A stretch of 64,000 nt of DNA, taken from NCBI RefSeq assembly GCF_006345805.1, contig NC_043000.1:26598001-26662000 (forward strand). The letters are read 5' to 3'. The DNA comes from Octopus sinensis. Its lineage: Eukaryota. The notes under the pieces were generated by a model. The model was not told the origin of the DNA and did no database searches. It saw only the letters and a list, made by a program, of their open reading frames with translations. This document shows, piece after piece, positions 27,965 through 39,969 of this stretch. Each line of letters opens with the position of its first letter. Position 1 is the first letter of the stretch. The position numbers were made by a program, and so were the translations under genes.

Positions 27965-28600
27965 ATGTATGTATGTCATTAGGCAGTTTGTTTCAAGGTT
28001 TCTTGCCAATTGAGAAAGAATCGGTTTCTAACCTAGATTCTAGATCCCTTCATTGGAATTTCAACATCAACAACAGGGCATTTTTGTATGTATGTACGGA
28101 TGTTTGTATGCGATTCTTCAGTTTCATTTCAAGCTTTCTGGCCAATAGAGAAAGAGCAATTTTCTAAATTAGATCCAAGGCTCCTTCATTAAAATTTCAA
28201 CACCAACAACAGGGTATGTATGTGTGTATGCATGTATGTATGCATGTGTGTATGTATGTCATTAATTAATTTATTTCACAATTTCTTTCGAATAAAGAAC
28301 TGTTTTCTAAACAGGATCCCAAACTCCTTCACTGGAATTTCAACATTAGCAATAGGGCATTTTTGTATGTATGTATGTGTGTATGCATGTATGTATGTAT
28401 GTATGTATGTATGTATGTATGTATGTATGTATGTATGCATGTATGTATGTATGTATGTATGTATGTATGTATGTATGTATGTATGTATGTATGTATGTCA
28501 TCGATCAGTTCATATTTCAAGATTTCTTGCCACCAGAGAAAGAGCCGGTTTCTAATCTAGACCCAAGGCGCCTTCATTGGAGTTTCAACATCAACATTTT
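27652..28600 (-). repeat. Tandem array of six ~110 bp units separated by (TATG)n tracts
   Basis: Units start at about 27652, 27815, 27974, 28110, 28258 and 28497; consensus gtcattattcagtttatttcaagatttcttgccaatagagaaagarccggtttctaacctagatccaaggctccttcattggaatttcaacatcaacaacagggtattttt. Preceded by a 260 bp (TATG)n at 27391-27645. Confidence 0.95.
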
Positions 28601-28935
28601 ACTTGTTATAGTCGAATTAATAGACTTTAGTAACTATTTTTTAAGCCTGATGTATATTCTGTCAGTTTCTCTTGCTGAACCGCTAAGTTACGGGAACATA
28701 AACACACCAACACCAGTTGTCAGTCGGTGGTGGGGGGATAAATACAGATAAACACACACACATACACGCATACACATATATGTACGACGGGCTTCTTTCC
28801 GTTTCCATCTAATAAATCTACTCATAAGACATTAGCCGGGCCGGTGCTATAGTATAAGACACTTGTCCAAGTTACCTCGCTGTGGGACTGAACCCTAAAC
28901 CATGTGGTTGGCAAGCAAGCTTCTTGCCACATAGC
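28600..28935 (-). mobile_element. Diverged SINE A copy
   Basis: gctgaaccgctaagttacggg..cgacgggcttctttcc..gggactgaaccc..ggttggcaagcaagctt. Confidence 0.8.
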
Positions 28936-28949
28936 ACACGTACATATAT

Positions 28950-29004
<55 letters not shown>

Positions 29005-29049
29005 TATCCGTGTGTGTGCATATGTTTGTATATATGAGTTTCCACATAA

Positions 29050-29650
29050 ACAGCAGGTTGACTTGGCCTGCAAGATGTGCTCATGGATTCTGAGAACTTT
29101 CCAGTCTAGAGATGCTTAGACCATCATGTTTCTCTACACTACTTTTGCTCGACCTCACCTAGAATACTTGATGCCCACCGTGGTCACTGCATACGAAGCA
29201 ACTCATTATAAAAGTGGAAGAACTCCAGAGGTCAAGAACAAGAAAGATAGACAGCATGACAGGCATTGTCTATTGGGGTCGACTAAAAAATCTCATTCTC
29301 GACTGTCTCCAACGCCGCCAGGAAAGCTACATCATTTGTGTGATCTGGGAAATATTTCATCAATATTGCACAAATGATGTTGGTATCAATTTTAAAATCC
29401 ATCCAAGACTTGGCCCCGTGCCATCCACCCACTACAAAAATCGAATTCGGGACACATAACAACATTACGTTACAACTACTTTACCTCAACCGGTTCAGCT
29501 CTTTTTAATACCAAACTAAAATACGTCGAAACGGAAACGGATCCAATAAAATTAAAAAGTTCACTGAACAAACTTCTTCAAAAATTCCCGGTCCAACCTC
29601 ACATACCCTCATATGTCTCCATTAATAATATCTCTTGAGTGGGCCATGGG
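29050..29650 (+). mobile_element. Old CR1-group LINE ORF2 3' fragment (different subfamily)
   Basis: Frameshifted KMCSWILRTFQSRD..LYTTFARPHLEY..EELQRSRTRKI..YWGRLKNLILDCLQRRQE..IWEIF; RPHLEY and YxxRLxxL motifs. Confidence 0.85.
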
Positions 29651-29766
29651 TGCTATTAAGTTTGACTTGGCCGAAACCTATAAACACACACACTCACATA
29701 CAAGCATACACATATATGGACGACGGGCTTCTTTCCGTTTCCATCTAAGAAATCCACTCACAAGGC

Positions 29767-29812
<46 letters not shown>

Positions 29813-30317
29813 GCATATACATAGATATATAAATATATATATATATACATATATATGTGTATGTATATATATATATATGCATGTATATATATGTGTGTGT
29901 GTGTATAAACATGTACATTGAGTACAAAATTCAGTGATAATGAATATATACATTATACATACATATGTTTGAATATACATAGATGTATGTGTGTATATAT
30001 GTGTTTATATAGACACTTCTATGTTTTAGTATACATATGCTACACTGTGTGTATATATACACATGCACACATACATACATGTATACATACATACTTACAT
30101 ACACATGTATGTATATATATGTATGATTTTGTTATGGGACACAGCCTTAAAGTGTTTACTGTTGAAATAGAGCCCAGGACATATTTTTGAGTCGGTACTT
30201 TATGCCGAATCGCTAAGTCATGGGGACACAGTAAAACACCAACACTGATTATCAGTCGTGTAAGAGACATAGACAGAATCGGCTACAAATGCACATTTAC
30301 TCGTAGGCATATTGATG

Positions 30318-30359
<42 letters not shown>

Positions 30360-30561
30360 AATGTATCGAATGATAGATATATATTTGTATATCTTTCATC
30401 TTTTAATTTTTTCACTCATTAGACTGCGGCCATGCTGGGGTACCACCTTGAATATTTTTAATCGAACGAATTTCCACCCACCCAGTATTTAGTTTTAATT
30501 TTAAGCGTGGTATTTTCAAATCGGTTTCTGTTCCGGAACCACTGCGTTACGGCAATATATA

Positions 30562-30646
<85 letters not shown>

Positions 30647-30954
30647 CATACATACATATACACATATACGATGTCGGCGCCATGCTATAGTAGAAGGCAC
30701 TTGACCAAGATGTTACGCAATGGGACTGAACCCGGAAATATGAGGTTCGAAAGGAAATTTCTTAACACACACACGGTTGTGTTTGAAAAGGTTAAACGAA
30801 AGTGCTCACACATTAGGAAAAAAATTTTTCCCCAAAAAGGTTAATAACATCCTTCTAAAAGATTTCATAACCTTTTTAAAAATAATTTCATTTTTAAATA
30901 AATTAAAAAAAAATCATCTCTACGCTTCAAAATGTGTATCAATTCTCATAGACT

Positions 30955-30977
30955 TTCAAATATATATACATACATAC

Positions 30978-31023
<46 letters not shown>

Positions 31024-31520
31024 TATATATAGCATATATATATATATACATTTACATATATATATGTATATATATATATATATAATATATATATATATAT
31101 GCATATATATATATGTATATATATATACACATATATACATATATATATATGCATATATATATATATGTATATATATATGTATATATGTATATATATCTAT
31201 ATATATATGTTTATATATATATGTATGTGTGTGTGTATGTATATACATATACATATATATGTATACATATACACACACATACACATACATATATATATAT
31301 ATATATCCGCACACATACTCACTTACACAAACACACACGCACACACCCATATATGTTTTTATATATATAGATATATATGCATTCACACACGCATATACAC
31401 ACCCACCCACATATATGTGTGTGGGTATGTATGTGTATAAATATATATATACGTGTGTGAGTATGTCTATATATATATATATATATATATATTGATAGAT
31501 ATATAAATATATATGTATGT
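30955..31520. repeat. Long degenerate (TA)n/(CA)n field
   Basis: Directly visible; source of the 187-222 aa IY-repeat ORFs. Confidence 0.9.
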
Positions 31521-31932
31521 TTCGGAATTTGTCGAGTATACACACACACACACACACACACAAATGTATATAAACGTGAGAAGTTCCGAAAATGGCTCCA
31601 TCCAAAGAATTCACTCACAAGGCACTGGACAGCTCTGGGATAGAGTAGAAACTCTTGCCTAACATCTTGGTCAGTGGGCCTGAAACCGAAACACGTGGTT
31701 GCGAAGTGAACATTTTTAAGCCCACCGCCATGACTGTGACACAGTCTTATATGTGATTGCCGTTACGTGTTTATCTCCGCCATATATGAATCTTGTAATT
31801 TTCTTTATCTCTCTATTTTATAAGTAAAAGTACACACGTCACCTGTGGAGTATCATTCATGGTAGCGAGTAGTGTTGCTACTGTATCTGCAATATGGACG
31901 GGATGCTTCTCTTGCCGTACACACACACACAT

Positions 31933-31975
<43 letters not shown>

Positions 31976-32107
31976 ATATGTATATATATGTATATATATA
32001 TACCTATATATATATATGTATATATACCTGTATCTGTATATATATATATATATATAATATATAAATACAAATATCTATATATATCCATATGTGTGTGTCC
32101 ATGTATG

Positions 32108-32161
<54 letters not shown>

Positions 32162-32735
32162 GAAACGTATACATCCACTCACACATGTATTTATATATAC
32201 ATCCATATATACAATCCTGTATATATGAATGGAATATTTTTCTGTCTTTACATGCATAAATGTGTGTATATATATACAAACATACATACATGCATACATA
32301 TATATATATATACATACATACATGTATACATACATATATATATATATACGTTCATACACACACACATATATATACATGCATACATACGTACATACATACA
32401 TACATGCATACATACATACATGCATACATACATGCATACATACATACATACATACATAATACACACACAAATATTGTCTGAAAAAAACAGTCTTACACGC
32501 AGATTTATTTGAATGTGTTTGTTGTTGCTGGTAGCGATTTCAGTGGATTTTGTGTGGATGAGGGTGACGTCCGTGTTTCGAGGTGGCGTAATGTTAGCGC
32601 TATATGGATATCGCATAGATGGCAGGACTTGTTGATTATCCCATGGCGATGATAACGATGATGATTATAACGATTATGATGATATATAGAACAACGGGCA
32701 AACAAATGTTTGCTAGTGGAATAATATATTATTAA

Positions 32736-33038
32736 CTAGCAGTATCTCCCGGCGTTGCTCGGGTTTGTAAGGGAAATAACTATATAAGCATTTTTAGAGA
32801 GTTACTTCCCTTATATAATAGCATAAAAATGCATTAAAAATGGGAAATTTTGATGGTAAATTTTTTTTTAAATCGTAGACTCATCATAGACGCGCGCTAA
32901 TACCCAGAAGGGCTCGATATGAATGACGACTATAAGATACCCGCTTTTGGTTAAACTGCACCGCAAAATGTGGGAGTAGTTAGGAATCTAAATCGTAGGA
33001 GACAGACACTCACACAACTTCACTTTTATATATAAAGA
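32736..33038 (-). mobile_element. Non-autonomous Helitron (~303 bp)
   Basis: Minus strand: A|TCTTTATATATAAAAG..; 3' hairpin cccgagcaacgccggg then agatactgCTAG|T. 5'-TC, 3'-CTAG, subterminal hairpin and A/T insertion site are all present. Confidence 0.9.
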
Positions 33039-33202
33039 TTAGCAAAATATTTTTTTTTCGAAAAAAAAAAATTCATAAACAAATTCACCAACCAACAAAT
33101 AAAGAAATATTAAAAAAATTAAAAACCGACAACAACAAAAACACCAAAAAACAAAAACATGTACCAGAAATCTGAATGAAATGTTGCCCAAACTTCTTTC
33201 AC

Positions 33203-33253
33203 CTGGGTCGCCACTCCTCCGTCCAGCCGTCCTGCAACTCTGGAACTGTCCAT
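33203..33253 (-). CDS. Candidate first coding exon segment of an unidentified host gene (MDSSRVAGRLDGGVATQ...)
   Basis: Minus strand: acceptor atatttcAG| at 33521, 268 nt without ATG, then acaATGg at 33253, then donor CAG|GTGAAA at 33203 or TG|GTACAT at 33165 followed by a T-rich tract. Non-repetitive and GC-richer. No homology recognised. Confidence 0.35.
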
Positions 33254-33327
33254 TGTCGTTGTTGTACCAAAGGAAAGAATGTGACGATGATCTACAAAAT
33301 ATACTGCCTGGCTCCAGTCGGATGTAT

Positions 33328-33359
<32 letters not shown>

Positions 33360-33559
33360 AGCGGTGGTTGTGGTATGGTGGTTTACCGGTAGTAATAACA
33401 AGCAACTGCACCAGAAACAGCTTCGTTGCAAAGACCAGCTGCAGTCACTCGGTCGCCTTTCGTCCTGTCGTTGTATAGTGACTCGGCTCTTGTTTGTGAC
33501 TAGCAGTTTTTAAGCAGAACGCTGAAATATCAAATGATACATCCGTCATCAGCGTCACT

Positions 33560-33581
33560 ATGATTATTGTTGTTGTTATTA

Positions 33582-33630
<49 letters not shown>

Positions 33631-33867
33631 GTCTCCGTCGTCGCTGCCACCTTCATCACCATCACCACCAACCACCACCAACCACCACCACCGCTATTAT
33701 TATCATCATCATAATATCATTATCATCATCTTCACTATCGCTATGTTTAGAATTACCATCGCCACCATCACCATCGCTATCTCCACCATCAACAGAACCA
33801 TCAGCATCACTACCACCACCACCACCACCAACCACCACCACCGCTGCTGCTGCTGCTGCTACTACTA

Positions 33868-33903
<36 letters not shown>

Positions 33904-34390
33904 TTACTACTACTACTGCTACTAATACTAATATTAGCAACATCACCACCATCACCACCATCATCACCGCCAGAGAAAGTACAATGACGTTGATAATCAA
34001 CACCATCATCATCATCATCATCGTCGTCGTCATCAGCATCATCATCATCATCATAATCAATAGCAGCAGCAGCAGCAGCAGCAGCAGTAGCAATAACAAC
34101 AACAAAAGCAGCAGCAGGTCTAACTCTGGCTTATGTAAGCAGAATCGTCCACCTCCTCCTCCTCTCCCTCCTTCCGCCTTCTCACCCTCATCATTATTTC
34201 TTCTTACCGGCAGCATAATTATTATGATGAATGCCATCATCATAATGATCATCATCATCATTATCATCAGCATCATCATCATCATCATCATCATCATCAC
34301 CATCACCATCATCACCATCATCACCATCATCACCACAACCACAACCACCACCACCACCACCATCACCACCACCACCACCACTACCACCAC

Positions 34391-34437
<47 letters not shown>

Positions 34438-34640
34438 CATTCATCATCATCATCATCATCAACATCACCATCGTCGTCGTCGTCCACAACACGCTCAGGA
34501 TTATCACCATAATCAATATCACTAGCATTACCACAAGCAGGAGCTCCAGAATGGTCACCACCATAAGTAGCAGTGCGGGCTCCAGCAACAGCAACAGCAG
34601 CAAGAGCAGCAGCAGCATCGGTAGCAGCAGTAGTATCATC
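33560..34640. repeat. 1.1 kb mosaic of trinucleotide repeats (ATT/ACC/ACT/ATC/AGC)
   Basis: Directly visible low-complexity triplet runs. Confidence 0.9.
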
Positions 34641-34849
34641 TATACGATATCACCATCCATCTTTAATGTAGTTATCTAATGATATCCAATGTTGCATTGT
34701 TGCTGTGAGGATATATAATATTCCGTTTATTAGTAAGAGATTGTAAATAGTGCAGTGGATAGCGTACTGGACAACCGGTTAAGAGGTACAAGGTTCTAGT
34801 CGTGCTGCCGACCCCGTTTTTTAATTTTATTTATTACCTATTACTAGGT

Positions 34850-35006
34850 GTAAGCATGCGTATATGGTTAAGGAGCTTGTTTCAAAATCATGTGATTTCG
34901 GGTTCAGTCCTACTGTGCGGCACCATCAGCGAGTGTCCTTTATGATAGCCTCGAGTCAACTAAGGCCTTGTGAGTGAGTTTGTTGCGGAAACTGTATGGA
35001 AGGTCT

Positions 35007-35075
<69 letters not shown>

Positions 35076-35705
35076 TATTAGTTCTCGGTATGAAGTTAGA
35101 CTACATCCAGGAGTACGACCCTGGGTTTTGGGGTTCCAGGGTCATGATCAGTGAGGACCCAACTTTTAGCGCCTATTGTTCTGAAATCTACTCTGATCTG
35201 GAGTAATAGCACATGTCAGGGTACAGGCTATGTGTTAACTAGCATGTCACGTAATTGCCTCTGGAAAAAATGTCTCGCGCTGCCCCCCACCCCCAATGGA
35301 GCCAAGACAAATGAGACCCTCAACTAAGAAAAGTTAACTCCATATGTGTCCTTTATCCTGATAACTACGGGGCTCGTGACACTTGCTGCATCGAACCAAT
35401 GCAGGTTTGAAGGACAAGAGAGTGCAACTGGTTCTGCACGAACCAAATAGACCAGGTTGTTCGGTAAACCAAGTCTACGGTACCTCCGTTCAACTGGGAG
35501 CACCTTGCATCTATGTTTTACGGAAAATTACATTACCGAAGCGAGGTGAGTCCATTACACACACACATACATACACGCACACATACACACGCATATGTAT
35601 ATACAGGTGTGTATGTGTGTGTGTGTGTCTATGCATTTGTCCGTTTACCCCTTGACAATCGGTGTTGGCTTGTTTTCGTTCCCGTCATCTAGCGGTTCGG
35701 CAATA
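34850..35705 (+). mobile_element. Diverged SINE A split by a ~480 bp insertion in its internal microsatellite
   Basis: Head/CORE half at 34850-35005, body resumes at about 35600-35705; unrelated complex sequence at 35078-35555. Confidence 0.7.
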
Positions 35706-36224
35706 GCGTATGCACTATCAGGAATCAGAGAGTTCAGGAAGCCATGCATATTTCCCAGGCTGCATGTCTTATGGAACATACCAAGGAGAATATTCTTGTC
35801 GCGCCCGGACTTTCTTGTAGAATATTGATGCTGTGCCATCCCATTAATCATTTATGAAATGCAACCATGGAGGTTTTGCCGACCATACAACCTCACTTGT
35901 AGCAGGCTGGGAGAATTCGACACTATTCTAGATGTAGCATGCTTAGACTGGGTCTTCGCCGGGTATCAAGACTATAGCTCCGTTAAAATGACAAGATGAA
36001 AGGAAAGGTGTGTAGGAAAAGACAACCAATGTTGCACACCGTCCGCGGATATTTGCATAAATGCACATGAGCAGACATACTGAACTATCTGCGCAGGTGT
36101 ATTGGAAGTAGAGGGCAGCTTGGCATTTGGAACTCGTCATTTGCACAAGAAGTGAAAGAAAAGACAGTGCAACCTGGCTAGACGAAAACTACGACGAAGC
36201 ACAAAAGCATCAAAACCTATATAC

Positions 36225-36410
36225 TTTTCTACTCTTGGCACAAGGTCTTAAATTTTGAGGGAGGAGGCCAATCGGTTAGATCGACCCCAGTACGCAACTG
36301 GTGCCTAATTTATCGACGCCGAAAGGATGGAAGGCAAAGTCGACCTCGGTGGAACTTGAACTCAGAACGTAAAGACAGAAGAAATACTGCTTAGCATTTC
36401 GCCCGGCGCA
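36225..36410 (-). mobile_element. SINE B copy (old tail type)
   Basis: cttttctactcttggcacaagg..tcgaccccagtacgcaactgg..gaaaggatggaaggcaaagtcgacctcgg. Confidence 0.85.
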
Positions 36411-36796
36411 TGAAAAGACATATTCCACTTTTAAATACCCCGAGATCCTAAACCTAAGCTGTAATATATAAGGACTCATTTGTCAACTTTACTCGATATT
36501 TCAAAGATAGCTTCCACTTAATCCAATTATGAGTGAGACTAGTAATCCTGCATATACCCTCATCCCTTCTCTTATTCACTTGAAGGTCCGGGCGTATCAG
36601 AGCTCAATCAGATTAACCGGTTCCAGTTTTCCAGGCTCCACGACTGACAATGGAACGCAAATGATCAGTTACGCCGCATTTTCCCAGGGTTTCCCTCAGC
36701 AACTCTACAAATTCCTACCTCTCAAAGCTAGGATTCATCTCCTGCTGCTAGTTGTAGATGACATTTATCAGAAAAACTGACACGGTAGTCCATCCA

Positions 36797-37010
36797 AAAG
36801 ATGGCGAGCTGGCAGGAACGTTAGCCGTATTTCGTCTGCCGTTACGTTCTGAGTTCAAATTCCGCCGAGGTCGACTTTGCCTTTCATCCTTTCGGGGTCG
36901 ATAAATTAAGTACCACTTACGCACTGGGGTCGATGTAATCGACTTAATCCGTTTGTCTGTCCTTGATTGTCCTCTCTGTGTTTAGCCCCTTGTGGGTAAT
37001 TAAGAAACAG
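36797..37010 (+). mobile_element. SINE B copy with long target-site duplication
   Basis: Flanked by direct repeat ggtagtccatcca (about 36784-36796 and 37011-37022). Confidence 0.9.
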
Positions 37011-37444
37011 GTAGTCCATCCAGACCTGACTATTTACCTCCCACGCAACGACTCACCGCTGACTGAACCTTAGTTGTTATTATCTCCGACTCACAACAGC
37101 AATCTTCGGAGAGCTGCACCAAGCTATCAACGTTGCTACAAAAGTCCGCAATCGTTCCCGATTCGCTGCTCCTAGCAGAAAACTGAACAAAGAACCAATG
37201 GAATGCCTCACGCATCCGCTTGGAATAATTAGAATGATGTAGCATACACCCGTCATGGTCTTTCAAACATAGATTTGTAGTATCGGTACTGCATAACGTC
37301 AGTGCTGCTAATCATAGGCCCTGTGAAATATCTACTTCTACCGTACTGTACAGATAATAAGCATTAGGTCTGTGTAGCCGGCTGGTTGGACACTCACAAT
37401 ATTACGTCTCCGATCAAACAAATACTCCGTCTAGATACAATGTA

Positions 37445-37990
37445 TATGTTTTTTTTTTCTCTAGTTTCAGCTCAGAGCTGTGGCGATGCTGATGCACCGC
37501 CGTTTTCGCCGTTTTGCTACATTGTTATTACTGAGAGCCTCCTCTAATATATGGCACTTGGTGAAGCATGGAGTTTGATATAGCTACCCTCATTTGCACC
37601 TCTTGCCGTGAGGTAGGTTCATCTGGGACTCTCGACAGTAAGAGGTCCAGCTTTGATTTATAAACCCCTACATCTATTTTGAGCAAGTTCCTCAGACTCT
37701 TTGGGAGAATATTAAAAAGCTGTGTTACCTTGAAACCCAGGTTGTTGCAAATACTGGTCCTGAAGCGTGATGGCATTGCTGGGACCTTTGGCACTATACA
37801 GTGTCGTCTCGTTCTGACATTGGTGTACTTTCAATACCAAGATTTGGCACAATTACTTGCAGGATCTTCCAAATATATATTACTGCATACCTCTCCCGTC
37901 TTCTCTCCAGAGTGTAGAGTCTTAATTGTTTCAACCTTTCCGTTCACACTAGCTCTTTCAGGAAATCTGTTCGATAAGTGTCAGATAGTT
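37445..37990 (-). mobile_element. CR1-group LINE 3' end
   Basis: ORF 37528-37794 PKVPAMPSRFRTSICNNLGFKVTQLFNILPKSLRNL..KSKLDLLLSRVPDEP; 3' tail ggcggtgcatcagcatcgccacagctctgagctgaaac plus A-rich end. Confidence 0.85.
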
Positions 37991-38569
37991 GGAACTGCTT
38001 GAGCTGGTTTGCAGGGCTTTTAGATTCCATCTCTTCTCAGCTAGCGCCACACTTAAAATATCACTGTAAAACCTCTCACTTGCAACGAGGAGCACTAACT
38101 TCCTTAGATTGCTTTTAGATGCACCAATCTGTTTATAAGCAGCAATTAAATTGATTGCACCGCCCTTACTAACACTTATGTAGCACTCATTCATTTTTAC
38201 CTACGACACCCTTTCTCATTTCCATCCGTAAGTGAATCTGGTTCGAAACAGATCAAATGCCTTCAGCTAGAGGTCTTATGTCCAGCTCCAGCCGGATTCC
38301 TGACTAATTCTTGAAGTGGTAGATTTTGTCTCGCTGATCTGCCCGTGTTCTACGATAATTGATTGGATGATTGTACGAAGCGATACAGTCAAGTGATATA
38401 GTCGTCGTCACACATTAATCCCTATAGAAAATATTCTTCAGAAGATGGCATTCAACAGGGACGTTTACTATCATTGACAGCCTCCAGTCTCCCACATCTT
38501 TGGTATAAACATCCAGATCTATCATAAATGTCCTGACCATATCCCTTGCCAAATGGTATCATATAATAT

Positions 38570-38808
38570 AAAGGCGGCGAGCTGGCAGAAACGTTAGCAC
38601 GCCGGGCGAAATGCTTAGCGGTTTTTCGTCTGCCGTTACGTTCTGAGTTCATATTCCGCCGAGGTCGACTTTGCCTTTCATCCTTTCGGGGTCGATTAAA
38701 TAAGTACCAGTTACGCACTGGGGTCGATATAATCGACTTAATCCGTTTGTCTGTCCTTGTTTGTCCCCTCTGTGTTTAGCCCCTTGTGGGTAGTAAAGAA
38801 ATAGGTAT
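38570..38808 (+). mobile_element. Intact SINE family B monomer (tRNA-like head, Meta domain)
   Basis: aaggcggcgagctggcagaaacgttagc..gagttcatattcc (B-box-like)..gactttgcctttcatcctttcggggtcgattaaataagtaccag, matching the Meta/MESC central domain consensus GACTCAGCCTTCCATCCTTCCGAGGTCGGTAAAATGAGTACC. Confidence 0.9.
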
Positions 38809-39744
38809 ATAATCCTTTTAGATCTTTTTGCATTGGTGTTGGATTTTCTACGGGTGTATTTTTGTGGTTGACGCACCTGTAGAATATAAAGTGTCTTGGT
38901 TTCACTTTACGTGATATTTCCGCAGCTCCAGCGTGTCTGCAGCGACGAGACACGCCTTGCGATCTCGTCTAAAAGCTTTCTTTTCGATGGGGTCGTGTAT
39001 AATCCAGAACCGCATAGATATTCGCTGTTCGCAAACTGTTTACGCTAGTTGCGTCAGTAAAACCAATACCACCAGTGTTGATGGTAGCTGACATAGTTAT
39101 ATTCGCCTCTCGTACTGTTGATGTTAGAAATGGTAAACGTGTTGCTAACTCTGTTGTTTTAGCTGTTGCTGCAGTTACTACTGTTTCTCTCCTCTTCCCA
39201 CAACTCTCACCGTTCTTCTTATTCTTCCTTCATACCACCGTTCTTACTTTCATCATTGCTGCTGGGCACAATACCAAAGTTAATCTCGCTGCTGTTGTTC
39301 TTGAAGCTCTTCTGCAGGTTGCTGCAGTTGTTATTTTTCTTAATTCTGCAAATATCCCTTTTCTCCTTAATAATAACTCTAAGAGTGGAGATTGTTGTTA
39401 TGGTGGTGGTGGTTGGCATGGCGGCAGAGGGTGGGAAACAGTGGTGGGAGAAAACATTCCTTGTGAAAGCAACGCAGGGAATTTTCGGTAACAGAATCCT
39501 TCTCACTTGTTAAATCCCTTCTTTCTTTCCACTTCAATATCGTCGCTGTGTTTATGTTCGAAACATTTTCCAAGAAATTTTCTCTAAAAATTTAGCCCCA
39601 AGGGGTTGCAAACAAGAGAAGCAACAAAAATATATTTAACGAAAATTCTCAAAACAGCAAACAAGCAGCAAATTGTCTTCGTCTAATAGAACTCAAAGTA
39701 ATGCGTCTAACTTGGACAGAAACCAAGTATAATACCAATAAAAC

Positions 39745-39960
<216 letters not shown>

Positions 39961-39969
39961 TGCAGATTA

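Noticed and set aside
27652-28600. Repeat-spacer pattern superficially like a CRISPR array
   Set aside because: Repeats are ~110 bp and diverged, spacers are (TATG)n microsatellite, there are no cas genes, and the context is eukaryotic.
30932-32616. Many 100-220 aa IY/HT/CV-repeat ORFs here and throughout the window
   Set aside because: Translations of (TA)n, (CA)n and (CATA)n tracts.
33567-34679. 370 aa (+) and 325 aa (-) overlapping ORFs, the longest in the window
   Set aside because: Homopolymeric I/T/S/M/V runs from trinucleotide repeats that lack stops in that register; no domain or codon complexity.
39075-39513. 138 aa hydrophobic ORF and antisense 95 aa ORF
   Set aside because: Degenerate triplet-rich sequence; the antisense frame has several stops; no motif or splice support.
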